From: Rhodocyclaceae bacterium
Lineage (GTDB): Bacteria; Pseudomonadota; Gammaproteobacteria; Burkholderiales; Rhodocyclaceae
Length of the DNA: 64,000 nt
Reading direction: 5' to 3'
Assembly (NCBI GenBank): GCA_041311015.1
Contig: JBFYKG010000001.1
Span: 1,103 to 65,102 of the forward strand
Both the position numbers and the translations under genes were made by a program. Positions 47,188 to 56,169 of the stretch are shown here, piece after piece; within the stretch, counting starts at the first letter, position 1; each line of letters begins with the position of its first letter. The notes beneath the pieces are model-generated. The model was not told where the DNA came from. It was given only the letters and a program-made list of their open reading frames with translations, and did no database searches.

Positions 47188-48201
47188 TTAATTCGCAGCG
47201 AACTCGAACGAATCCGCAAAGAAGGCATCTTCCGGCAGCTGCCCTTTGTCCTGGTAATCGGCACGGGCCGCGGCAATCATGCCGGGTGCGCCACAGGCAT
47301 AGACCTCGTGACCGGATAGATCGGGGAAATCTGCCAGCACCGCTTCGTGCACCAGCCCGGTACGGCCCGTCCAACCCGGCGTCAACGCCGGCTCGGAGAG
47401 CACCGGGATAAATTGAATATGCGGATACTGGGCAGCCCACGCTTCGGCGACATCGTACTGGTAAAGCCCGGCACGATCGCGCGCACCCCAGTAGATGTGC
47501 ATCGGGCGCTTCAGTTCCAGATACAGCGCCTCAAGCACAATCGATTTGATCGGGGCAAAACCCGTACCGCCGGCCAGCAGAATCATCGGCTTATCGGATT
47601 CACGTAGGTAGAAGCTGCCATGCGGGCCATTGAAGCGCAGGATATCGCGCACCTTCATCGTGCTGAACACCTGATCGGTAAAGAGGCCGCCCGGTACGTG
47701 GCGCACATGGAGTTCGACGGTAGCCGTGTCGTGAGGTGGGTTAGCAATTGAGAAGCTGCGGCGCTTGCCATCCTTGAGCAGAATATCGATGTACTGCCCG
47801 GCATGAAACTGGAACACCTCGGTCGCCGGCAAGCGCAGGGTCAGCACCGCCACATCGGCGGCCGGTTTTTCCAGACCTTCAATGCGGCTGGGCAGGGTCT
47901 TGATCGGGATGTCGGTCGTGCGGCGGACATCTTTGACTTCGACGGTCACATCCGTCTGCGGTACCGCGCAGCAGAGCAGCGCAAAACCGGCGTCGCGATC
48001 TGCCGGCGTCAGCGTGGTTTCGCTGGATTTGCCATGGTCCACGACGCCCGACGTAATCTTGGCGCGACACGCACCGCAGCCCCCGTTTCGACAGCCGTAG
48101 GGCACCAGCAAATCGTGGCGTAGCGCCGCTTCGAGCACCGTTTCATGGCCGTCGGCCCGAAAAGTGGCGTTGATCGGATTAAGCGTCACCTGATGTGTCA
48201 T
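47188..48201 (-). CDS. 2Fe-2S/FAD/NAD(P)H oxidoreductase (CDP-6-deoxy-delta-3,4-glucoseen reductase-like)
   Basis: CRNGGCGAC...C, RSFSIA, AGGTGFAP and YACG motifs. Confidence 0.9.
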   Translation of the reverse strand: MTHQVTLNPINATFRADGHETVLEAALRHDLLVPYGCRNGGCGACRAKITSGVVDHGKSSETTLTPADRDAGFALLCCAVPQTDVTVEVKDVRRTTDIPIKTLPSRIEGLEKPAADVAVLTLRLPATEVFQFHAGQYIDILLKDGKRRSFSIANPPHDTATVELHVRHVPGGLFTDQVFSTMKVRDILRFNGPHGSFYLRESDKPMILLAGGTGFAPIKSIVLEALYLELKRPMHIYWGARDRAGLYQYDVAEAWAAQYPHIQFIPVLSEPALTPGWTGRTGLVHEAVLADFPDLSGHEVYACGAPGMIAAARADYQDKGQLPEDAFFADSFEFAAN

Positions 48202-48233
48202 GGCAGATCCTGTATTAACCGTAAAATAGCGTC

Positions 48234-49238
48234 ATGCCGACCACAATGCCCTTGCCGCCGCGCGCGCTGCCGCGCCGCTTTCGCCAACCCCGCCTATTAC
48301 TGGTGGGCTGTGGCGATGTCGCGGCGCGTATCGCACGCCAGCTGCATGGGCGTTACCGCATCCGCGCCCTGCTGCGTCACGATGTGGGCGGCCCTGAGTG
48401 GCGCCACTGGCGGTCACTGGGCGCAACACCGTTACAGGCCGATCTGGATCAGCCGGTCAGTCTGAAGCGGATGCGGGGCGTTGCCGACAAAATCATTTAT
48501 CTGGCACCACCTGCCGACACCGAGGCCGGAAGCCACCCGAGACCGTTAGACCCGCGTCTGAACCGGTTTCTGGCGACCCTGCATGGTGGGCTGAGTCTAC
48601 CATGTCAACAGGTCCTGATCAGTACCACAGGAGTCTATGGCGACCAGCAGGGGGCCCTGATCGACGAGACCTGCCCTGTGCATCCCGAAACCACCCGAGC
48701 GCAACGCCGCGCACATGCTGAGGCTACCTGGCGCAAGTGGCATCGGACCCGCGTCGCCGGCCGCCTAGCCAGCCCACGGTCTGTACGACCGAACAGCCCG
48801 ATTTTGCGGGTACCCGGTATCTACGCCGCAGACCGCTTGCCGGTTGAGCGACTTCGCACCGGCACCCCGGCCTTACGGCCAGAGGACGACACCTGGACCA
48901 ACCACATCCATGCTGATGACTTAGCACGCGCCTGCTGGCTGGCCCTGACCCGACCCAAGGCGGGTTCGCTTCGGGTCATTAACACTTGTGATAACAGCGA
49001 CCTCAAAATGGGGGACTGGTTTGATGCCGTGGCTGATGCCAGCGGCCTGCCCCGGCCACAACGCCTGCCCCGGGCCGAACTTAAAACCCGTGTTTCCCCC
49101 ATGATGTACTCGTTCATGTCAGAATCGCGCCGGCTAGATAACACAAGGCTCCGGCGCGAGCTCCGCCTGCAACTGGCCTATCCCACTGTTCACGATTTTC
49201 TCGCCACCCTTCATTCCAGCCAGGGAACCCCATGCTAA
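48234..49238 (+). CDS. NAD-dependent epimerase/atypical SDR
   Basis: VGCGDVA, ISTTGVYGD, LRVPGIY and HIHADDLA motifs. Confidence 0.88.
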   Translation: MPTTMPLPPRALPRRFRQPRLLLVGCGDVAARIARQLHGRYRIRALLRHDVGGPEWRHWRSLGATPLQADLDQPVSLKRMRGVADKIIYLAPPADTEAGSHPRPLDPRLNRFLATLHGGLSLPCQQVLISTTGVYGDQQGALIDETCPVHPETTRAQRRAHAEATWRKWHRTRVAGRLASPRSVRPNSPILRVPGIYAADRLPVERLRTGTPALRPEDDTWTNHIHADDLARACWLALTRPKAGSLRVINTCDNSDLKMGDWFDAVADASGLPRPQRLPRAELKTRVSPMMYSFMSESRRLDNTRLRRELRLQLAYPTVHDFLATLHSSQGTPC

Positions 49239-49648
49239 CCATCAAAGCCTTTCACATCATTCTGGTCGTGAGCTGGTTTGCCGGCCTGTTCTATCTGCCG
49301 CGTATCTTCGTCAACCTGGCCGCCGTGCCCGACACGCAATCGGCCGAATACCAACGTCTGCTCGGCATGGCTCGTCGTCTCTACAAGTTCGTAACCCCGA
49401 TTGCCATCGGCGCAGTCGTCCTGGGGCTCTGGCTCTGGTTCGGCTACGGTTTCAGCGGCGGCTGGCTCCACGCCAAAACCCTGCTCGTGGTTTTTCTGCT
49501 CGGTTATCACCATTACTGCGGCTATCTCTATAAACAGTTTGCGGCCGGCAAGAATACACACAGCCATGTCTGGTATCGCTGGTTCAACGAGATCCCGGTG
49601 TTGCTGCTCACCATCATCACCCTGCTCGTTGTTCTCAAACCTTTTTAA
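49232..49648 (+). CDS. hemJ: Protoporphyrinogen oxidase HemJ
   Basis: KAFHII.V.SWFAGLFYLPR, WLHAK and RWFNEIP...LVVLKPF motifs. Confidence 0.9.
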   Translation: MLTIKAFHIILVVSWFAGLFYLPRIFVNLAAVPDTQSAEYQRLLGMARRLYKFVTPIAIGAVVLGLWLWFGYGFSGGWLHAKTLLVVFLLGYHHYCGYLYKQFAAGKNTHSHVWYRWFNEIPVLLLTIITLLVVLKPF

Positions 49649-49671
49649 TTGCCCTCTTTGCCGGAAAGCCA

Positions 49672-50850
49672 TTGATGCACATCTTTGCCCCCTGCCCGCG
49701 CGGCCTTGAAGAACTGCTGGTCGCAGAACTGACATCACTGGGGCTCACACGCGTCTCGGCTGTTGGCGGCGGTGTACAGGGCGAAGCCAACCAGGCAGCG
49801 CTGTACCGTGCCAATCTGCACTCACGGCTTGCCACACGGCTGCTCGTCAAGCTGGCCGAGGGCCCCTATCAGAAGGAAGACGACGTCTACAAGATGGCGC
49901 GCGATATCGCTTGGCACGAATGGTTTGATGTCAGCCAGAGTATTCGCGTCAACACCACGGCCGTGAAGTCGCCGCTCAAAAGCCTGGACTTCATCACCCT
50001 GCGTGTTAAAGACGGTGTCTGCGATCGCTTCCGGGCCGATCGGGGCGCACGCCCCAATGTGGATACCAACCACCCGGATCAGCGCATTCAACTCTTCCTG
50101 ACCGAAACCACCGCCACGCTCTACATCGACAGCTCGGGCGAACCACTCTGGCAGCGCGGCTACCGCGGTGCCGCTGGGCAAGCCCCCCTCAAAGAAAACC
50201 TCGCCGCCGGTATCCTGGCGCTGGCCGGCTGGAATGATCTCGGCGACGATGGCGAACCGGTTTATAAAACCTTTCTCGACCCCATGTGCGGCAGCGGCAC
50301 CATCGTCATCGAAGCGGCCTGGATGCGCACTAACACGGCCCCTGGCCTGAACCGCCGCTTTGCCTGCGAGCGCTGGGCCAAGGCGGATAAAACGCTCTGG
50401 GCTAAATTACGCGCCGATGCGCGTGCCGCCATCAAGCCGCTATCCGAAGATACCCTGTTTGCCAGCGATGTCCATCCCGGCGCAATTGCCGCTACGCACC
50501 GCCACCTCGAACAAGTGGGCTTTGCCGATGCCGTGGCCATTATGGAATCTAACTTTGTCGAGCTTGCCGCTCCCGCCGAATCCGGGCTTATCGTCACCAA
50601 CCCGCCCTATGGCGTACGCCTTTCGGAACAAGACGCCCTGCGTGCCGAATACCCGGAATGGGGGCGCACCCTCAAACAACAATTTGCGGGCTGGACTGCC
50701 GCCTTCTTCACGGGCGACCTCGAACTCACCAAAGGCCTCGGCCTCAAACCCCGCCGCCGCTTCCCGCTCAAGAACGGCGCGCTGGATTGCCGGCTCTTTG
50801 TGATTGACCTGGTGGCGGGGTTTCACCGGCGGCAAAAGCCAACGGACTAA
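49672..50850 (+). CDS. rlmL: THUMP-domain rRNA m2G methyltransferase (stand-alone RlmL-like)
   Basis: RGYR...APLKENLAA, DPMCGSGT and NPPYG motifs. Confidence 0.85.
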   Translation: MMHIFAPCPRGLEELLVAELTSLGLTRVSAVGGGVQGEANQAALYRANLHSRLATRLLVKLAEGPYQKEDDVYKMARDIAWHEWFDVSQSIRVNTTAVKSPLKSLDFITLRVKDGVCDRFRADRGARPNVDTNHPDQRIQLFLTETTATLYIDSSGEPLWQRGYRGAAGQAPLKENLAAGILALAGWNDLGDDGEPVYKTFLDPMCGSGTIVIEAAWMRTNTAPGLNRRFACERWAKADKTLWAKLRADARAAIKPLSEDTLFASDVHPGAIAATHRHLEQVGFADAVAIMESNFVELAAPAESGLIVTNPPYGVRLSEQDALRAEYPEWGRTLKQQFAGWTAAFFTGDLELTKGLGLKPRRRFPLKNGALDCRLFVIDLVAGFHRRQKPTD

Positions 50851-50870
50851 TCATCCGTTGGCCCGGCCAT

Positions 50871-52664
50871 TCAATTGAGTGGTCGCTCTTTTTTGGTCTC
50901 GGCAACCGGGATCACTCTGCCACCCAATACCGTAGCCACAACCGGCACATCCTTGATCTTCATCGATGGCACGGTTTGCGGATCATCACCCAGCACGGCA
51001 AAGTCGGCATATTTGCCGGGCTCAATGGTGCCGACCTTGTCTTCGATGCCTACCGTATAGGCGGCGTTGATCGTAATCATCTTCATGGCATCCGCAACAG
51101 ACACCGCCTCGGCGGGGGCCCATTTCTTGTTACCGGTATACGCACCCAAACGATTCACAACAGACCAGACTTCAGTCAAGGGCATGGGCGGTGCAACCGG
51201 GTTATCCGAATGCAGTGAAACCACGACACCTTCCCTGTTCAGATAACCGACACGGGTCGCATACGAAATGCGATCGTTGCCCAGGTCTTTCGCCTGGACG
51301 CCTGCACGCGTGTAGAAATACGCCGGGTTCACACTCGCAACAGCACCCAGGGCCTTCATCTTCATCACCATGGCGGTCGTCGGCAACCCGAAATGCTGCA
51401 AGGTGAAACGATGGTCAAAACGTGGCTTACTATCCTGTAGCAACTGCAGTGCGTTGAGTGTGTTCTGGTTGCCGCCGGTGCCATTGCTATGTACATGGAT
51501 CTGGAAATTAGCATCCCACCACGGCTTCAAGGCCTTGTAGAAGTCTTGTGGTGACTTGTAGAAAATGATGCCCTGGTGGCCATCGGTGTAGCCGGGGTTT
51601 TCCACCTTCATGGTGTTGGCTAGGTAGGCATCGTCGCCGATGAACTTCACCCCATGAAACATCAGTCTGTCGGTATTCATGTTCTGGAGCGCCTTGACCT
51701 GCTCTAGCCCTTGGTCGCCGTATTTGGCGATAAAGTTCTCTGCCATGGCCACCGGAACGATGCGCAACGACGATGCCTTGGATGACGTTATTTCCTTCAT
51801 CGCCTCAGTTTCCAGGGCAATATTAATAGTGCCAAATGCCATATCACTGGTGCTGGTAATACCGTGCTGTTGTGCCAGATCGTTGGAATAGAGCATAGCC
51901 CTGCCAATTCTGGCGGGTGCAAACATGTCTTTCCCAGCCACACCGGAAATATACTCAGACGCGTCCACCCCTAAAAATTGCCCGTTAGGGTTGCCAGACT
52001 GATCAACGCCCACACCAATGATGCCTTTGACCGAGGCGCCCGTAATCTTATACTTGGCGATCGCCGCAGAGTTGAGGAACATATTGTGTTCCGAGTTGTC
52101 CCACACAATGATCGGCTGGGACTTTGACGCCTCATCCAGCAATTGGCGATCCGGCACCTTGCCCATGGCCGCAATATCATAGCCAAACGCCAGCAGCAGT
52201 TCTGACGGGTCTTTCATCTGTGCTGCATATTTCTTGAGCTGAGTGATTGCTGCCTCGAGATTGGGCACCCCGGGGAAGTCCGCACCCCAAGGGTTGGGCA
52301 GCGGCTGAGACGTCAACGGCAAACTGGTTTGCGTCAAACCACCTAGCAACGGGTGGCCGTGGGCTTCAACAAAGCCGGGATATACGACCCTGTCTGCAAA
52401 CTGGCGATCAATGGTCGTTGGATACTTGGTTGTCCAGGGTTTTAAATCTTCGAGAGACCCAACCGAGAGAATCTTGCCATCCGAGACGGCGACTGCGGTT
52501 GCCACCGGCAACGATGGGTCCATCGTCACGATCTTTTTGGCAACAAATACGGTGATGCTTTTGGGCGTTTCCATCACTGGCGGCTCGAGTAGCTGGGTTG
52601 CCTGCGCCTGCAGGCTCAATAGACCGAGCATTAATCCAGTCACGACAAGATTTTGATGTTTCAT
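50871..52664 (-). CDS. Exported amidohydrolase-3 (YtcJ-like) metallohydrolase
   Basis: Signal peptide; PGFVEAHGH, HVHSNG, LQH, HSDNP and GTIEPGKYADF motifs; AT-richer codons. Confidence 0.88.
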   Translation of the reverse strand: MKHQNLVVTGLMLGLLSLQAQATQLLEPPVMETPKSITVFVAKKIVTMDPSLPVATAVAVSDGKILSVGSLEDLKPWTTKYPTTIDRQFADRVVYPGFVEAHGHPLLGGLTQTSLPLTSQPLPNPWGADFPGVPNLEAAITQLKKYAAQMKDPSELLLAFGYDIAAMGKVPDRQLLDEASKSQPIIVWDNSEHNMFLNSAAIAKYKITGASVKGIIGVGVDQSGNPNGQFLGVDASEYISGVAGKDMFAPARIGRAMLYSNDLAQQHGITSTSDMAFGTINIALETEAMKEITSSKASSLRIVPVAMAENFIAKYGDQGLEQVKALQNMNTDRLMFHGVKFIGDDAYLANTMKVENPGYTDGHQGIIFYKSPQDFYKALKPWWDANFQIHVHSNGTGGNQNTLNALQLLQDSKPRFDHRFTLQHFGLPTTAMVMKMKALGAVASVNPAYFYTRAGVQAKDLGNDRISYATRVGYLNREGVVVSLHSDNPVAPPMPLTEVWSVVNRLGAYTGNKKWAPAEAVSVADAMKMITINAAYTVGIEDKVGTIEPGKYADFAVLGDDPQTVPSMKIKDVPVVATVLGGRVIPVAETKKERPLN

Positions 52665-52714
52665 GGTTTAACCCAACTTTTGAGTGGTCGATTGAATTAG
52701 ATTGTATGCGCTGC

Positions 52715-53713
52715 TCAGATCAGCCCCGCGCGTGTGAGCTGTTCAAGGCTCTGCGCCATGGTTTGCATACCGAACTGTTGGCCGGTCTGCATGGCGCTCA
52801 CGAGTTGCGTGCCCTTCTGCTCGCGGATCAGATTTCGCACAGCGGGCGTGCCGATGAGAACCTCATGAGCTGCCACGCGACCCTGGCCGTCTCTGTGCGG
52901 CAGGAGTTCCTGCGCCACCACGGCACGGAGCACATCAGCCAGCAACGTACGCGCCAGATCCCGCTCCGAGCCCGGAAAGACATCCACGATCCGTTCTACC
53001 GATTGCGCTGCGGTGGCGGTGTGCAAGGTCGCCAGCACTAAGTGCCCCGTCTCTGCTGCGCTAAGAGCCAGGCGCATGGTTTCCAGATCGCGCATTTCGC
53101 CCAATAGGATGACGTCCGGGTCTTCACGCAATGCCGCTTTCAGGGCATCGGCAAAGCTGGGGGTGTCGCGCCCCACCTCGCGCTGGGTAATCAGCGCCTT
53201 GTCCGGCGTATAGACAAACTCGACCGGGTCTTCAATTGTCAGCACATGTTTAGCCGCCGTATGATTGATCTCATCCACCATGGCTGCCAAGGTGGTTGTT
53301 TTGCCAGAACCCGTCGGCCCCACGATCAGAACGAGCCCGTGCGACTGCGTGGCCATCTGCCTAAGAATTGCAGGCGCCTGGATCGATGCCAACGAGGGAA
53401 CGATGTCGGGAATCGGCCGCAGCGCCAGGCCAACGCCGCGTTGCTGGCGATAGGCATTGGCGCGGTACCGGCCCAGGCCTTCGAGGTGAAACGCAAAGTC
53501 ACACGCCGCCCCGTCGGCAAACTGCCGGCGTTGGGATTCCGGCAGCACACTATCAATCATGGCGCGGATCTGGGCATTACCCAGAGCGGTTGGTTCCAGC
53601 GGCTGCAGTGCGCCACGAACGCGCGCCAGCGGCGGCATACCGGCCGACAGGTGAATATCCGATGCGTGGTGCGCCCCGGCGGCGCGAAGCAATGAATCGA
53701 GCATGGGGGGCAC
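52715..53713 (-). CDS. pilT: Type IV pilus retraction ATPase
   Basis: ASDIHL, GPTGSGKTT, TIEDPVE, ALREDPD, TGH..ATLH and AVRNLIRE; the true start may be ATG 53704. Confidence 0.92.
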   Translation of the reverse strand: MPPMLDSLLRAAGAHHASDIHLSAGMPPLARVRGALQPLEPTALGNAQIRAMIDSVLPESQRRQFADGAACDFAFHLEGLGRYRANAYRQQRGVGLALRPIPDIVPSLASIQAPAILRQMATQSHGLVLIVGPTGSGKTTTLAAMVDEINHTAAKHVLTIEDPVEFVYTPDKALITQREVGRDTPSFADALKAALREDPDVILLGEMRDLETMRLALSAAETGHLVLATLHTATAAQSVERIVDVFPGSERDLARTLLADVLRAVVAQELLPHRDGQGRVAAHEVLIGTPAVRNLIREQKGTQLVSAMQTGQQFGMQTMAQSLEQLTRAGLI

Positions 53714-53782
53714 TCCCGTTTTATACTTCGCCTAGCCTAACAGCACATTCGCGACTGCACAAAGCGACTAACCTAACTTTTC

Positions 53783-54508
53783 ATGGTCGAAACCACGCCA
53801 ACCTCCGACAAACCGGCAGAATCCGCACAGCGGCTTGCTGTTGTGCGAGATCGTATCGTGCGTGCAGCTCAGCAGAGCGATCGTCCGGCAGATACTGTGG
53901 CGCTACTGGCTGTTTCGAAGACGTTTCCGATCGAGGCGGTGGATGCGGTAGCGGCTGTCGGGCAACGGGCTTTTGGCGAGAACTATGCCCAGGAGGGCGT
54001 GGACAAGGCACAGGCACGGCCAGCACTTGAATGGCACTTCATCGGCCCGATCCAGAGCAACAAGACGCGCGGCATTGCCGAGCACTTTAGCTGGGTACAT
54101 ACCATCGACCGACTGAAGATTGCCGAACGCCTCTCAGCCCAACGGCCTGCCAATCTGCCCCCGCTACAGGTCTGCGTGCAGGTCAACATTTCGGACGAGG
54201 CGAGCAAAAGTGGTTGCATCCCGGGTGAGGCGCTGGCACTGTGCCAGGCTGTTGCGGCGCTGCCGAACCTGAAACTTCGGGGGCTGATGGCGATCCCCGA
54301 GGCCACGCCGGACGAAGCCACACAGCACCGACACTTTGCCGCGTTACGCCAGCTGATGGCGGATATCAATGCGGCAGACCCCGCCCTCCAGCTCGACACA
54401 CTGTCGATGGGCATGAGCGACGACCTGGAAGCTGCGATCGCCGAGGGCGCTACGATGGTCCGCATCGGGTCGGCCATTTTTGGCGCACGCACTTACATGA
54501 ACACCTAG
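53783..54508 (+). CDS. yggS: PLP homeostasis protein YggS
   Basis: LLAVSKT, FGENYAQE, WHFIGPIQSNK and LSMGMS motifs. Confidence 0.95.
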   Translation: MVETTPTSDKPAESAQRLAVVRDRIVRAAQQSDRPADTVALLAVSKTFPIEAVDAVAAVGQRAFGENYAQEGVDKAQARPALEWHFIGPIQSNKTRGIAEHFSWVHTIDRLKIAERLSAQRPANLPPLQVCVQVNISDEASKSGCIPGEALALCQAVAALPNLKLRGLMAIPEATPDEATQHRHFAALRQLMADINAADPALQLDTLSMGMSDDLEAAIAEGATMVRIGSAIFGARTYMNT

Positions 54509-54522
54509 CAACGGAGCACACC

Positions 54523-55338
54523 ATGAAAATCACGTTTCTCGGCGGCGGCAATATGGCCATCGCCCTCGTCGGCGGTCTGATTCAACGGGGCTTCAAGCCG
54601 GAAGATCTCTCCGTCATCGAGATTCTGCCCGAAGCCCGCGAACGCCTGAGCCAGCAGTTTCCCATCACGCTATATGCCGATGCCAGCCCGGAAGCACTGA
54701 ACTGCGATGTGCTCGTTCTGGCTGTTAAACCACAGCAGATGCATGCCGCTCTGGCTGGCTTACCGGCAGGGACCAACCGTCCGCTGATCGTGAGCATTGC
54801 CGCCGGATTAACCGTTGAATCCCTTGCGGGCTGGATGGGTGGCGACCGCCGCATCGTGCGCGCCATGCCGAATACCCCCGCCCTGATTGGCGCCGGTATG
54901 ACCGGGTTGTATGCCGATCCTGTCGTGTCGGCCGCAGACCGCCAGCATGCCGAAGCGATCCTGGGGGCCGTGGGCGAAACCGTGTGGGTTGAGAGCGAAG
55001 CCCTCATTGACAGCGTGACGGCCATTTCCGGTAGTGGCCCCGCGTATGTATTTCTGTTCCTGGAAGCGATGCAAGAAGCTGGTCAGGCATTAGGGCTATC
55101 CCCTGAGGCCACGCACAAACTGGCCATTCAAACCGTACTCGGTGCCGGCCAACTGGCCCGCCAATCTACCGATCCGGTCGATGTGCTGCGCCAACGTGTC
55201 ACTTCCAAAGGGGGCACAACGGCCGCTGCGCTCGACAAGATGGCTGCCCTAGGCGTCAAAGCAGGGCTGATCGCCGGCATGAAAGCAGCGGCAGAACGCA
55301 GTCGCGAACTGGGTGTTGAATTAGGGCGTGACTCATAA
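54523..55338 (+). CDS. proC: Pyrroline-5-carboxylate reductase
   Basis: GGGNMA, LAVKPQ, RAMPNTP, SGSGPAY and VTSKGGTT motifs. Confidence 0.96.
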   Translation: MKITFLGGGNMAIALVGGLIQRGFKPEDLSVIEILPEARERLSQQFPITLYADASPEALNCDVLVLAVKPQQMHAALAGLPAGTNRPLIVSIAAGLTVESLAGWMGGDRRIVRAMPNTPALIGAGMTGLYADPVVSAADRQHAEAILGAVGETVWVESEALIDSVTAISGSGPAYVFLFLEAMQEAGQALGLSPEATHKLAIQTVLGAGQLARQSTDPVDVLRQRVTSKGGTTAAALDKMAALGVKAGLIAGMKAAAERSRELGVELGRDS

Positions 55339-56144
55339 TGATTCTAAACGTTTCCAAACGCGCACTGACTGCCGCACTCTTGATGGGCGCGTTGCCAACT
55401 TCCGCGCTGGCTGATGGGAACAAGGTGCTGCCTGAAGCTTCAGAAGGCTTTCGGTTTGTTGTGACGCCGTATCTCTGGATGCCAGGCATCAGTGGCAATC
55501 TTGATTACAACAATGTACAAACTGTGCACACCAGCTTGAATGCCGACAAAATCCTGAACAATCTTTCCATTGGTGCCATGGCCGACGGCGAGATTCATTA
55601 CGGTCGCTGGGGCCTGATGGGCAATGCCATGTACTCAAAGCTCAGCAATGCCGGCTCGAAATCCTATCTTAAAGACCAGGCATTAACTGTTGATTCCACC
55701 TCGGATGCATGGATGGGCATTTACACCGTAGCTGGCACATACACCGCTTATTCGAATGCCTCCGTTTATCTGGATGCTCTGGCTGGTGCGCGTTTTCTGA
55801 ATTCCAATTCAAAGGTACAACTCTCTGCCTCGGTAGCGAATACGTCCTATACTGGCAACAAGACATTGTATTCATCCGTAAGCGCTACCGATGCGATCGG
55901 CGGCGTTAAGGGGCGCGTACGACTTGGCGAATCTCGCTTTTATTTGCCCTTCTATGTGGATGCAGGCGGCGGCAGCTCTGTTGCTAAATTTACGTCACAA
56001 CAAGTTCTGGGCATTGGTTACGCATTCAGTGCAGTCGATATTTCACTGGTCTATGCCAACTTGTACTACAGCATGAGCAACGACAAAATATCCTCGTACT
56101 TCAATATGAGCGGCCCAGCCTTAGCAGCGACGTTTAGATTCTAA
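55338..56144 (+). CDS. Outer-membrane beta-barrel protein
   Basis: Signal peptide, FVVTPYLWMPGISG, alternating beta pattern and C-terminal GPALAATFRF; AT-richer codons. Confidence 0.8.
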   Translation: MILNVSKRALTAALLMGALPTSALADGNKVLPEASEGFRFVVTPYLWMPGISGNLDYNNVQTVHTSLNADKILNNLSIGAMADGEIHYGRWGLMGNAMYSKLSNAGSKSYLKDQALTVDSTSDAWMGIYTVAGTYTAYSNASVYLDALAGARFLNSNSKVQLSASVANTSYTGNKTLYSSVSATDAIGGVKGRVRLGESRFYLPFYVDAGGGSSVAKFTSQQVLGIGYAFSAVDISLVYANLYYSMSNDKISSYFNMSGPALAATFRF

Positions 56145-56169
56145 TTTCCACTAAAACCACTAATAGGTA

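Noticed and set aside
53704-53725. pilT as a leaderless gene
   Set aside because: A GGGAG SD precedes ATG 53704, and the -10 candidate (TATAAA) is imperfect.
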